This document shows positions 27,580 through 35,166 of a stretch of 36,897 bases of DNA, piece by piece. Position numbers and translations under genes: made by a program. Position 1 is the stretch's first letter; every line of letters begins with the position of its first letter. The notes beneath the pieces were generated by a model. It did no database searches. It was not told the DNA's origin and saw nothing but the letters and a program-made list of their open reading frames with translations. Source of the stretch: Archaeoglobus sp. (lineage in GTDB: Archaea > Halobacteriota > Archaeoglobi > Archaeoglobales > Archaeoglobaceae); contig QNXS01000078.1 of NCBI GenBank assembly GCA_003978865.1, positions 1 to 36,897 on the forward strand, written 5' to 3'.

Positions 27580-28250
27580 CCAGAAAGATAAAAGCAGTGG
27601 TATTTGACATGGACAACACCCTATTCGACTTTGTCGAGGCGAAGCTGAAAGCATGTAGGGCTGTTGTTGAATACTTGGGAGTTGGAAGCGAGGAAGAGTT
27701 GCTGAAGTATTTCTTGAGAGGAGTATACGGATTTGAGGATTTAGAGAACATTGCAGACTACATGCGTGATAATGGAGTTTATAATCAGGAGAAGTATGAA
27801 GAATGTTGTAGAATATACGAGGAAGTTAAGCTCGAAAGTATTGAGCCTTACCCTCACGTGAAAGAGACCCTCGAGAAGCTAAGAGGTATGGGCTTGAAAC
27901 TCGCAGTCGTTACGGATGCGCTGAATGGACACGCTTTAAGCAGACTGCGCAAAGCTGGTTTACTGTATCTGTTTGATGTTGTGGTTTCAGCAGACATGAC
28001 GGGCAAGAGGAAGCCAGAGCCTGACTCCATAAAACTGGCTTTGCAGAAGCTTGGGGTTGATGCGAAAGAAGCTATCCTCGTTGGGGATAGCGTAAGACGA
28101 GACATAGAAGCAGGGAAGAAGCTTGGAATGCTTACTGTTTATGCTGCTTATGGTGACAGGAACTTCTTCGAGGATAAGAGCGGGGAGGCGGACTTTACTA
28201 TTGAGGGTATTTGGGAACTGGTTGGGTTATCCAATCAGCATTCTAAATAA
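27543..28250 (+). CDS. HAD-superfamily phosphatase (subfamily IA-like)
   Basis: Motif I VVFDMDNTLFDF, motif II LAVVTDA, motif III KRKPEP, motif IV LVGDSVRRDIEAG. It overlaps the PIN gene end by 37 nt. Confidence 0.8.
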   Translation: MQETDGSGDRKVARKIKAVVFDMDNTLFDFVEAKLKACRAVVEYLGVGSEEELLKYFLRGVYGFEDLENIADYMRDNGVYNQEKYEECCRIYEEVKLESIEPYPHVKETLEKLRGMGLKLAVVTDALNGHALSRLRKAGLLYLFDVVVSADMTGKRKPEPDSIKLALQKLGVDAKEAILVGDSVRRDIEAGKKLGMLTVYAAYGDRNFFEDKSGEADFTIEGIWELVGLSNQHSK

Positions 28251-28389
28251 ATTCCATCAGAAAGCTTTCATATCTTGGAAATGCTTTTTCAATTCTGTCG
28301 ATGCTCCTATTGAGTGATTGTAAAACAAACTCTTTATCTGAGTTTAAATATCTATTTTTAATATCCTCAATATGATCATGCGCATTCAT
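28243..28389 (-). pseudogene. 48-codon N-terminal stub, possibly of a GHKL-type ATPase
   Basis: My translation: MNAHDHIEDIKNRYLNSDKEFVLQSLNRSIDRIEKAFPRYESFLMEFI*. After the TAG the frame reads NAD, which recalls the E..(Q)NADDA motif. The start lies 1 nt after the upstream ORF stop, and the 3' end overlaps the HAD stop. Confidence 0.25.
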
Positions 28390-28390
28390 T

Positions 28391-28702
28391 TTAATCACCT
28401 CTTTTTATTTTCCTCTCAATGATGGCAATTAAATCTCTAATAGCTTCATTCCATGATTTCTCACCATTTACCCATTGAATAAAACTATAATAATTATCCC
28501 TAACCGCTTCCATAAATTTTTGCCACGAAAAACTATAAGATTTCAATATATCTCCCCAGCCATATTGACTCCATAAAGGACTAGCAATCCATGTTCCCTG
28601 TTTGATATTAGCCTGCATTAATCTAGATCCTTTTTCTAACTCTTCTTTAAAACGTTTCCTTACCGAAATGGGTTCTGGAGGAATAGGTAAGTTAATTTTC
28701 AT
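28391..28702 (-). CDS. hypothetical protein (103 aa)
   Basis: AGGAGGT SD lies upstream of ATG 28702. It is Trp-rich and helical-looking, with no recognised motif. Confidence 0.45.
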   Translation of the reverse strand: MKINLPIPPEPISVRKRFKEELEKGSRLMQANIKQGTWIASPLWSQYGWGDILKSYSFSWQKFMEAVRDNYYSFIQWVNGEKSWNEAIRDLIAIIERKIKRGD

Positions 28703-28755
28703 CTTTCTTACCTCCTTTCTTCTCTTTTTTCAGGCGAATTGCGCACAACTCGTTC

Positions 28756-28851
28756 ATATACGAAATGCTTCGTATATCATTCCAATTTAACATTATATGC
28801 GAATTTCGTATATACCTCCATTTTGGCAGTGTATCTGAACTTCGTATATAC
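28756..28851. repeat. candidate recombinase-binding sites: perfect 9-bp inverted repeat plus three TTCGTATAT(AC) direct copies at exactly 36-bp spacing
   Basis: Inverted repeat: atatacgaa (28756-28764) / atgc / ttcgtatat (28769-28777). Direct copies start at 28769, 28805 and 28841. The block lies 42 nt from the recombinase stop. Confidence 0.7.
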
Positions 28852-28892
28852 GTCAATCTGGATGAGACTTTCCCCCTCCAGAGCGTCTTTAA

Positions 28893-29938
28893 TCACCTTT
28901 TCAGACCTCCTTCTTCCTTATTTTCAAACAATCTATCTAAGGGACTTTTAGTCCTGAGTATATCCTTGTTACTCACATGAGTATAAATTTCTGTTGTTTT
29001 TGAGCTTTTATGCCCTAACAATTCCTGAATGTATCTCAAGTCCACCCCGCTTTCCAGTAAATGCGTTGCAAAGCTATGTCTTAACGAATGAACACTAGCT
29101 TCTTTCCCTATGTTTGCTTTTTCACAGGCTTGCTCAAAAATTGCCTGAACTGTTCTCGTAGTTATGTGCCTTCCCGGCTTAGCTCCTGTGAACAGCCATT
29201 TTTGTGGCTTAAATTTCTGCATATACTTATTTAACATACCTAAAGCCACTTCTGAAAGCATCGTGTATCTATCTTTCCTTCCCTTTCCACCTCTTATTCT
29301 GATCAGCTTTCTTTCCACATCAATATCCTCAACTCTGAGCCTAACAACCTCCCCAACTCGTAATCCAGCAGAATACATGAGCATTAAGATCAGCCTGTGT
29401 TTGATGTTGGTAATCGATGATAAAATCCTTGAAACTCTTCCTGACTCAAAACGACAGGAAGCTTTTTGTCTTTCTTCGGCCTCTTTATTTCATAAACAAA
29501 TTTCCGCTTTAGCACTTCACCGTAGTAAAACTTTAACGCATTGATTGCTATGTTCAGAGTTGAAGCCGAAGCATTCTTCTTTTCCGCTAAATGATACAGA
29601 TAATCTCTCACATCATCATTTGATATCTGATATGGCGTTTTTCTACTGAATCTCAAAAATTCTTCATTGTAATGCAGGTAAAGCTTTACCGTTCTTCTGC
29701 TGTACTTTCTTGCCATCAGTTCTTTCTCAAGTTTGTAAAGCCAGATGGATGTGTCCACCTCAACCTTTTCTCCATCAAATGCTGACAAAAGATTCTTCAA
29801 TTCTGAGTAAGGAATGCTCCAGTATTTCCTATCAGGATGCCATCTGTAGCCTTTAACAGTTTTAATTTTTGCAATGTAGTCTAGATTGTACGGGAATTTG
29901 ACTATAACGACATCTTTGTCTCCCTCAATTCTTATCAT
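28893..29938 (-). pseudogene. tyrosine recombinase/integrase (XerC/D-like), split by a 1-nt frameshift
   Basis: N-terminal SAM-like domain ORF (29390-29938) and catalytic ORF (28893-29384: AGLRVGE, HSLRHSFATHLL, LLGHKSSKTTEIYTHV). The catalytic frame extends upstream as RILSSITNIKHRLILMLMY, and the frames meet at about 29432-29440. Confidence 0.8.
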
Positions 29939-29947
29939 TTTATCCCT

Positions 29948-30076
29948 TCAGTCGTATTTTCCACCTTCATATCCGCAAACACCCATTCTTGGCAAGTTAA
30001 CAACTGGCAGAAGCATTTGCCCTGCATAGTAGCTCCTCACCATTTGAGAATAAATCTCTGTCGTTTTTACTCCATT
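29948..30076 (-). pseudogene. 3'-terminal stub of a second tyrosine recombinase
   Basis: Minus-strand frame: NGVKTTEIYSQMVRSYYAGQ...*. Its DNA (aaaacgacagagatttattctca) closely matches the KTTEIYTH region of the neighbouring integrase (aaaacaacagaaatttatactca). Confidence 0.4.
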
Positions 30077-30397
30077 TCATTCTCAATCCAGCCCGCTAAA
30101 CTCCAGTGAAGCTTACAAAAAAGCTCGCTGAGGAGTTGTAGGAGAAGAGCAGAAAAAGTAGCATTATCAGTTCTCAAAGGAAACGGAAAGCATCAGACAG
30201 ATGGAATTTCTCCAACGCTTGATAATGTTCATACACTTGTTCATCCACCCTTCCACCCTTCCCACCCATACCCTTCAGATCCAGCACTCAAACTTACTAC
30301 AGTGACAACCTTGAGTATAGTTTCGTGTATGGAGGAGAATTTATCAAGTCAAGCTTTTATATCTATCCGATAAACTCCTGCGAAATAGGTGGTAACA

Positions 30398-31915
30398 ATG
30401 GTTCGAGACAGAACTGTAACAGTTTTCGATACAACATTGAGAGATGGGGAGCAAACACCCGGAGTAGCGTTTACTCTGGATGCCAAGATAAAGATCGCAA
30501 AACAGCTCGATAAACTCGGAGTTGATGTTATAGAAGCGGGCTTTCCTGCAGCGTCGAAAGGTGAATTTGAAGCTGTAAGGAAAATAGCAAATCTTGGTTT
30601 GAACTCCAAAGTTTGTGCACTGGCAAGAATCGTTAAAGAGGACATGAATGCTGCACTGGATAGCAATGCTGATATGGTACACATATTTATTTCTACATCC
30701 AAGATTCAGATAGAGCACACAATCAAGAAGAGCAGGGACGAAATAGTTCAGATGGCTGTAGATGCAGTTGAGTACATTAAAGATCACGGGAGAATTTGTA
30801 TGTTTTCGGCAATGGATGCAACGAGAACTGAGATGGACTACCTTAAAAAAATATACTGTGCCGTTGAAGAAGCAGGGGTGGATATAGTAAACGTTCCAGA
30901 TACTGTTGGAGTAGCAACACCATTCAAATTCTACGATATGATAAATGAACTGAAGTCCTGTTTAAACGTTCCAATAGACGTCCACTGCCACAACGATTTT
31001 GGATTGGCAGTTGCAAACACCTATGCTGCAGTTCTTGCAGGAGCGAGCGAGGTTCAGGTTACAATTAATGGAATAGGTGAAAGGGCGGGAAATGCTGCTC
31101 TTGAGGAAGTAGTCATGATACTGCACAGTATTGAAGGTATAAGAACAAACATAAAAACTGAAGAACTCGTCAATACATCCAGACTCGTCGAGAGACTTTC
31201 CGGAATAAGACTGCCACCAAACAAACCAATTGTTGGAGCAAATGCTTTCAGCCATGAGAGTGGAATTCACGCTCACGGTGTACTGAAAGACGCTAGGACG
31301 TTTGAACCGGGAGTTATAACACCTGAGATGGTCGGTCACAGGAGAAGGATAGTCATAGGCAAGCATGCCGGCAGGCACCAGATAAAGAAGATACTTGAGG
31401 ATGCAGGTTATCATGTTGACGAAGAAAAACTGACTAAGATAATGGACAAGGTAAAGGAGCTTGGAGATAAGGGGAAGAAAGTTACAGATCTTGATCTGTT
31501 CACAATTGCAGAAGTTGTACTTGGCGAGCTAAAGAAGGAGGAAAAGGCAATAATAGTAGATGAAATCACAGTTCTAACAGGCAATAAGATAACACCGACA
31601 GCAGTTATAAATGCAGAGGTTGAAGGGAGGAGAAAAGTCACCTCGGCAATCGGTCTTGGCCCTGTTGATGCAGCTCTCAAAGCTGTTAAGAAGTTAGCTG
31701 GGGAAAGCATAAAAGTTAATCTTACAGAATTTAGAATGGATGCAATAAGTGGTGGAAGTGACGCTTTAGCAGAGGTATACGTTACAGTTGAAGATGATGA
31801 AGGACATTCTTTTACGGCCAAAGCTGCAGGAGAAGATATTGTAATGGCTTCAACTGACGCAATAATCCATGCTGTGAACTATCTGATGCTTATGAGAAAG
31901 AAAGACAAAAGTTAA
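30398..31915 (+). CDS. leuA: 2-isopropylmalate synthase / (R)-citramalate synthase family enzyme
   Basis: [33 protein letters not shown], and a C-terminal LeuA-dimer regulatory domain. AGGTGG precedes ATG 30398. I cannot separate LeuA from CimA by eye. Confidence 0.85.
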   Translation: MVRDRTVTVFDTTLRDGEQTPGVAFTLDAKIKIAKQLDKLGVDVIEAGFPAASKGEFEAVRKIANLGLNSKVCALARIVKEDMNAALDSNADMVHIFISTSKIQIEHTIKKSRDEIVQMAVDAVEYIKDHGRICMFSAMDATRTEMDYLKKIYCAVEEAGVDIVNVPDTVGVATPFKFYDMINELKSCLNVPIDVHCHNDFGLAVANTYAAVLAGASEVQVTINGIGERAGNAALEEVVMILHSIEGIRTNIKTEELVNTSRLVERLSGIRLPPNKPIVGANAFSHESGIHAHGVLKDARTFEPGVITPEMVGHRRRIVIGKHAGRHQIKKILEDAGYHVDEEKLTKIMDKVKELGDKGKKVTDLDLFTIAEVVLGELKKEEKAIIVDEITVLTGNKITPTAVINAEVEGRRKVTSAIGLGPVDAALKAVKKLAGESIKVNLTEFRMDAISGGSDALAEVYVTVEDDEGHSFTAKAAGEDIVMASTDAIIHAVNYLMLMRKKDKS

Positions 31916-31983
31916 TTTTTTTGTTATCTCAATACTATTTTTAAAAATTTTAAAAAATTAAAAAATATTAAAAAATAAAATTT

Positions 31984-32676
31984 TTAATGCCTTCTTCTAC
32001 CCCTTACCACTTTTTCCCATCTCTTACCAGTTACCATAGATCCCACAACATCGAAAATTGTTACTGCGTAAGCATGGATCAGCATGGTCATCAGGAACAG
32101 ATACATGAAAAGTCTGTGTACCACTCTGATTAAGTCTATTCCACTGCTCAATCCAAAAGCCGGTGCAATTTGATTTGCCCAGTTTATAATAGGTGCAAAC
32201 TGCTTCTGATAGTAAAGAGTGAAACCAGTTATACCCATTATTGCTGCCATGAGCAGATACATCCAGAGCACTTGAACTTCGGTGGGTATTAATTTTTCAA
32301 CGTACTCTCCCTTTTCAGGATCGTAACCTCTCGGATCTTCTATGTGCGGTCCAAGACCCGTCCAAGCTAATATCTCTTTTATAAAGAATTTAATTGAATA
32401 TGGAAAACGAGTAGGTGAAAACCACTTCCATTCGTATTTGACAACGTAAGCAAACAGAAGTACCCAGAGTGCACCAAAGATAAATCCAAGGTAAACATGA
32501 ATAGTCAAAGCTGTCTGCATGTCCGGCCAAGATATTCCATAGAGATTACCGAGTCTTAAGCCAGTCCATCCGATTATAAGTCCTGTGGAAACAATTCCCC
32601 AATGCATCAGTCTGTACGGTAGATGATGTCTCTCAACAAGAACGGTTTCATACTTCTGATGGCTCATCCAATCCAC
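31984..32676 (-). CDS. membrane di-haem cytochrome b-like subunit (Ni/Fe-hydrogenase/FdnI/PhsC-type)
   Basis: RLMHWGIV..., HVYLGF, VVHRLFMYLF, LIHAYAV: conserved His residues in 4-5 TM helices. It overlaps the multihaem gene by 13 nt. Confidence 0.65.
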   Translation of the reverse strand: MDWMSHQKYETVLVERHHLPYRLMHWGIVSTGLIIGWTGLRLGNLYGISWPDMQTALTIHVYLGFIFGALWVLLFAYVVKYEWKWFSPTRFPYSIKFFIKEILAWTGLGPHIEDPRGYDPEKGEYVEKLIPTEVQVLWMYLLMAAIMGITGFTLYYQKQFAPIINWANQIAPAFGLSSGIDLIRVVHRLFMYLFLMTMLIHAYAVTIFDVVGSMVTGKRWEKVVRGRRRH

Positions 32677-33770
32677 CTCCCGAGAGTTATTCTGCGCTTA
32701 ATCAGATGAATTAATATACCTACAAGCACAGCTGAAATTATTAGGCTTCCAAGCTGGGTTATGTTTATTTTGAGCGGAATTCCAAAGTTATGTAAGTCAA
32801 CTACAAGTGTTGATGGAGGCATAGCAAACTTCTCATCTGGCTTTATCAGCGTGTAATTCTCCGTCAGTTCTGTCAGGTTGAGCGGTGGTGATGCATAAGC
32901 AATGCCCGGTGGTCCAATTAACGAATCTACTTTGGGATGATACACAAAACTTAGGTTGGTGTGGCAGTCTTTACAAGGTCTTCCTTTTGCACTTATTGTG
33001 TGTGGCAGAATCATACCAAGACTTGAGTAAGATCTATTCCCGTAGGAAACAATCATCCTAACAGCCGGATATAGCTTTCCATCAGGCCCAACTATAAGAT
33101 GGAACTCCTTTGTTGTTACACGATCGATTTTTCCTGTATCAAGATGGCAGTTTATGCATGTCTGATACCACACAGCATGGCATGCTACGCAGGAAACCTT
33201 CTTTGCGTGAAGTCTATGTACAAGCAGATTGGGATTGTAGGGTTTTACTTTTATTCCCTTTACTGTCATGTTCGATTTTCCATGACAGTCCAAACACTTT
33301 ACTTTAACAGCGTACCATGTAAACGTATATAAATGCCCATCACCGTGTATCTCAGTGCTGCTGTGGCAGTCTGTACAGTTAAGTCCGTAAACGTAGTGTA
33401 TGTCCGGGCTTGGTCCTTTTCCCATTTTTTCGATCAGATAACCCTCATAGTTGACACCAACGTTGTGTTTATGACATTCTACACAAGTATTCATCTTTGG
33501 TATTTCACCGTGGTACGTGTGGCATTCTGTACAGTTCTCGATGTGACATTTTTGACATGCTTTTGGTAAACCCATCTTAAAGTAATGTCCTGCTCCCTGT
33601 TCCCAAGCTATTTTTATACCAGCAATCGTGTAGTGAAGACTTGTAGAGTAGTTTTCGGTTATATTGCTGTGGCATAAACTGCAAGATTGTTCAAAGGCAG
33701 AGACGGGTGCAATCGTTATTAGGGCTACTACCAGTGCGATAACCAGAGCCACTGGTTTTATTCCCCGCAT
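32664..33770 (-). CDS. nine-haem c-type cytochrome with signal peptide and C-terminal TM anchor
   Basis: Nine CxxCH motifs: CSLCH, CQKCH, CTECH, CVECH, CTDCH, CLDCH, CVACH, CINCH, CKDCH. Signal MRGIKPVALVIALVVALITIAPVSA and C-terminal LGSLIISAVLVGILIHLI. Confidence 0.85.
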   Translation of the reverse strand: MRGIKPVALVIALVVALITIAPVSAFEQSCSLCHSNITENYSTSLHYTIAGIKIAWEQGAGHYFKMGLPKACQKCHIENCTECHTYHGEIPKMNTCVECHKHNVGVNYEGYLIEKMGKGPSPDIHYVYGLNCTDCHSSTEIHGDGHLYTFTWYAVKVKCLDCHGKSNMTVKGIKVKPYNPNLLVHRLHAKKVSCVACHAVWYQTCINCHLDTGKIDRVTTKEFHLIVGPDGKLYPAVRMIVSYGNRSYSSLGMILPHTISAKGRPCKDCHTNLSFVYHPKVDSLIGPPGIAYASPPLNLTELTENYTLIKPDEKFAMPPSTLVVDLHNFGIPLKINITQLGSLIISAVLVGILIHLIKRRITLGRWIG

Positions 33771-33922
33771 ACATTGAGGAAGATAAAGGAATATATCTCA
33801 CTTTCGATTTCGCTTTAGATTTTGCTAAGCTGTTTGCTTAAAATCTCCTTAAAATTCACATCCCGAAACGGGTTGTAAAGGCAAAACGTTTAAAAGTTGA
33901 TAGATGCATAGATACAAATAAA

Positions 33923-34003
33923 GCCGGGGTTGCCGAGTGGTAAGGCGTCGGTCTGCTAAACCGATGGGCTTCGCCCGCGTGGGTTCGAATCCCACCCCCG
34001 GCG
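33923..34003 (+). tRNA. tRNA-Ser (GCU)
   Basis: Acceptor GCCGGGG/CCCCGGC, anticodon arm UCGGU-CUGCUAA-ACCGA, long variable arm UGGGCUUCGCCCGC, T arm GTGGG-TTCGAAT-CCCAC. TTTTT follows directly. Track ORF 33856-34173 (-) is spurious. Confidence 0.9.
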
Positions 34004-34508
34004 TTTTTATTTCTGGTTTTGTGCTCTATTCCAAAAGACTTTGAAGCATTCAAAGCTGGGAAGATAAAAGCTGGGGAGATACTATCAAAATAAACTCCAG
34101 CAGGCTTAAAGGTGTTAGGACGTAAAGGACAAGTTGAAAAGAATGAGAAGAAACTGAAGCTGAAAGTTAACAAAACGATTTACAGTTTTGCATCAGGCTT
34201 CCTTTGGTTTCCAATTCGCTTAACGACTTTCTATATCTCTTTCAGCTTCTCCTTGAATTTCTACTTCTCCACTTTTAGTTTGAAGACTTCTTCGAACTAT
34301 GGATCGATTTCGTCTGGTGTGTCGAGTGTTATGTAGCCTTTCTATGGAAATTCTTCAGCCTTGAAATTTAAATAAGATATCGTAGCGATTCTTTCTCAGC
34401 TCTCATAGACATCTCAACTTTTCTTTCGTTGATTTCAATCTAAGATAAGATAAATAGATTACCGAAAAACCGAAATATTGAAATAAGATTATCTCATTTT
34501 ATCATATA

Positions 34509-35015
34509 ATGAAATATGAAGAATTGAAGGAATTGCTTAAAAGAATTGAATTTAACAAAACAGAACCTGAAACCCTTACAAAACTCATTGAATCCGCCCA
34601 AAAGAAAGGTGAGAGAGCTCAAAGAGAGTTAAGAAATTTAAGGAACTTGACCGGGAAAATTGTTGATGTTTTATGTAGTAAAGACTTCTTCCGCATAAAT
34701 AATAAAATAAATGAAAGTGAAGTAGAGAAATTCGCAGTTGGTATAGACGGAAGCTTTCAGCTTGTTGGTGGAGTTGGTGGTAAATGGTATCTATTTCTGA
34801 GTGTTACTAGAATCCTATTCAAAAATGGACTTGAATCTGAACCAGAAGTCGAGGTTTTCTGGGCAGATATAGATGAAATTGATGAACAAGACAATCCGAG
34901 CATTAGATTGGCTGCTGAAGAAAAAATGTTGACTGTAGAATCAAAAACTATTTTAAATTGGGGTAGTAAAGGCATCAAATCAGTTGTCCTTCAAAATTTC
35001 ATCAACTTTTTTTGA
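34509..35015 (+). pseudogene. NurA-like nuclease, N-terminal half only (3' truncated)
   Basis: FAVGIDGSFQLVGG matches the NurA DGS catalytic motif. The reading frame ends in antisense sequence of the DUF104 gene (from about 34980), where a second DGS-type motif would be expected. Confidence 0.4.
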
Positions 35016-35144
35016 GAGGCTTTCAATGTCGCCCATCACATTTTCTTCTATTATTACCTTCCCTTTAGTCTTTTCGGGTAGCGATATCTTTTTTGCAGGT
35101 TTAAACACACCGTTCTCGTATATAACTTCGATAACCTTTGCCAT
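34980..35144 (-). CDS. DUF104-family putative antitoxin (54 aa; below the ORF-track cut-off)
   Basis: My translation: MAKVIEVIYENGVFKPAKKISLPEKTKGKVIIEENVMGDIESLSKKVDEILKDN*. The IYENGV.KP...LPE motif is typical of DUF104. Confidence 0.7.
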   Translation of the reverse strand: MAKVIEVIYENGVFKPAKKISLPEKTKGKVIIEENVMGDIESLSKKVDEILKDN

Positions 35145-35166
35145 AATCTTAAATAGCCTTAAATCT

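Larger units (their letters stand above)
18231..30076. mobile_element. accessory (defence-type) genomic island next to tRNA-Cys, probably composite and partly decayed
   Basis: Housekeeping genes flank it on both sides. It has a tRNA border with a duplicated 3' end, a tyrosine recombinase and a recombinase stub at the far end, and many nuclease genes and pseudogenes inside. Confidence 0.5.

Noticed and set aside
28765-28876. Possible CRISPR array suggested by the 36-bp periodic repeats
   Set aside because: There are only three copies and only about 11 bp are conserved per unit. The intervening sequence would be part of the repeat unit in a CRISPR array. No cas genes are adjacent. The pattern fits recombinase or iteron sites better.
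30083-30097. tcaatccagcccgct as a possible right-end att copy of the tRNA-Cys 3' end (caaatccgggccctggct)
   Set aside because: It matches only about 13 of 18 positions and needs gaps. That is too weak to call a direct repeat without statistics.
30245-30268. Tandem CCACCCTT CCACCCTT CCCACCCA upstream of leuA/cimA
   Set aside because: It is a very short repeat of 2.5 units. No function can be argued from sequence alone, and it may be slippage debris at the island edge.
31916-31983. A/T-only block with reiterated aaaaat/ttaaaaa between leuA/cimA and the cytochrome b gene
   Set aside because: It sits between convergent gene ends. Oligo-T runs on both strands are consistent with bidirectional archaeal termination rather than a distinct element.
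33856-34173. 105-aa minus-strand ORF
   Set aside because: It overlaps tRNA-Ser(GCU). Its translation includes the tRNA sequence read antisense.
34180-34380. Four in-frame TAG codons as possible stop-codon recoding (pyrrolysine-type)
   Set aside because: No pylT/pylS/pylBCD-like genes or other support occur in the window. The frame also lacks a start in phase. A decayed pseudogene in AT-rich DNA is the simpler explanation.
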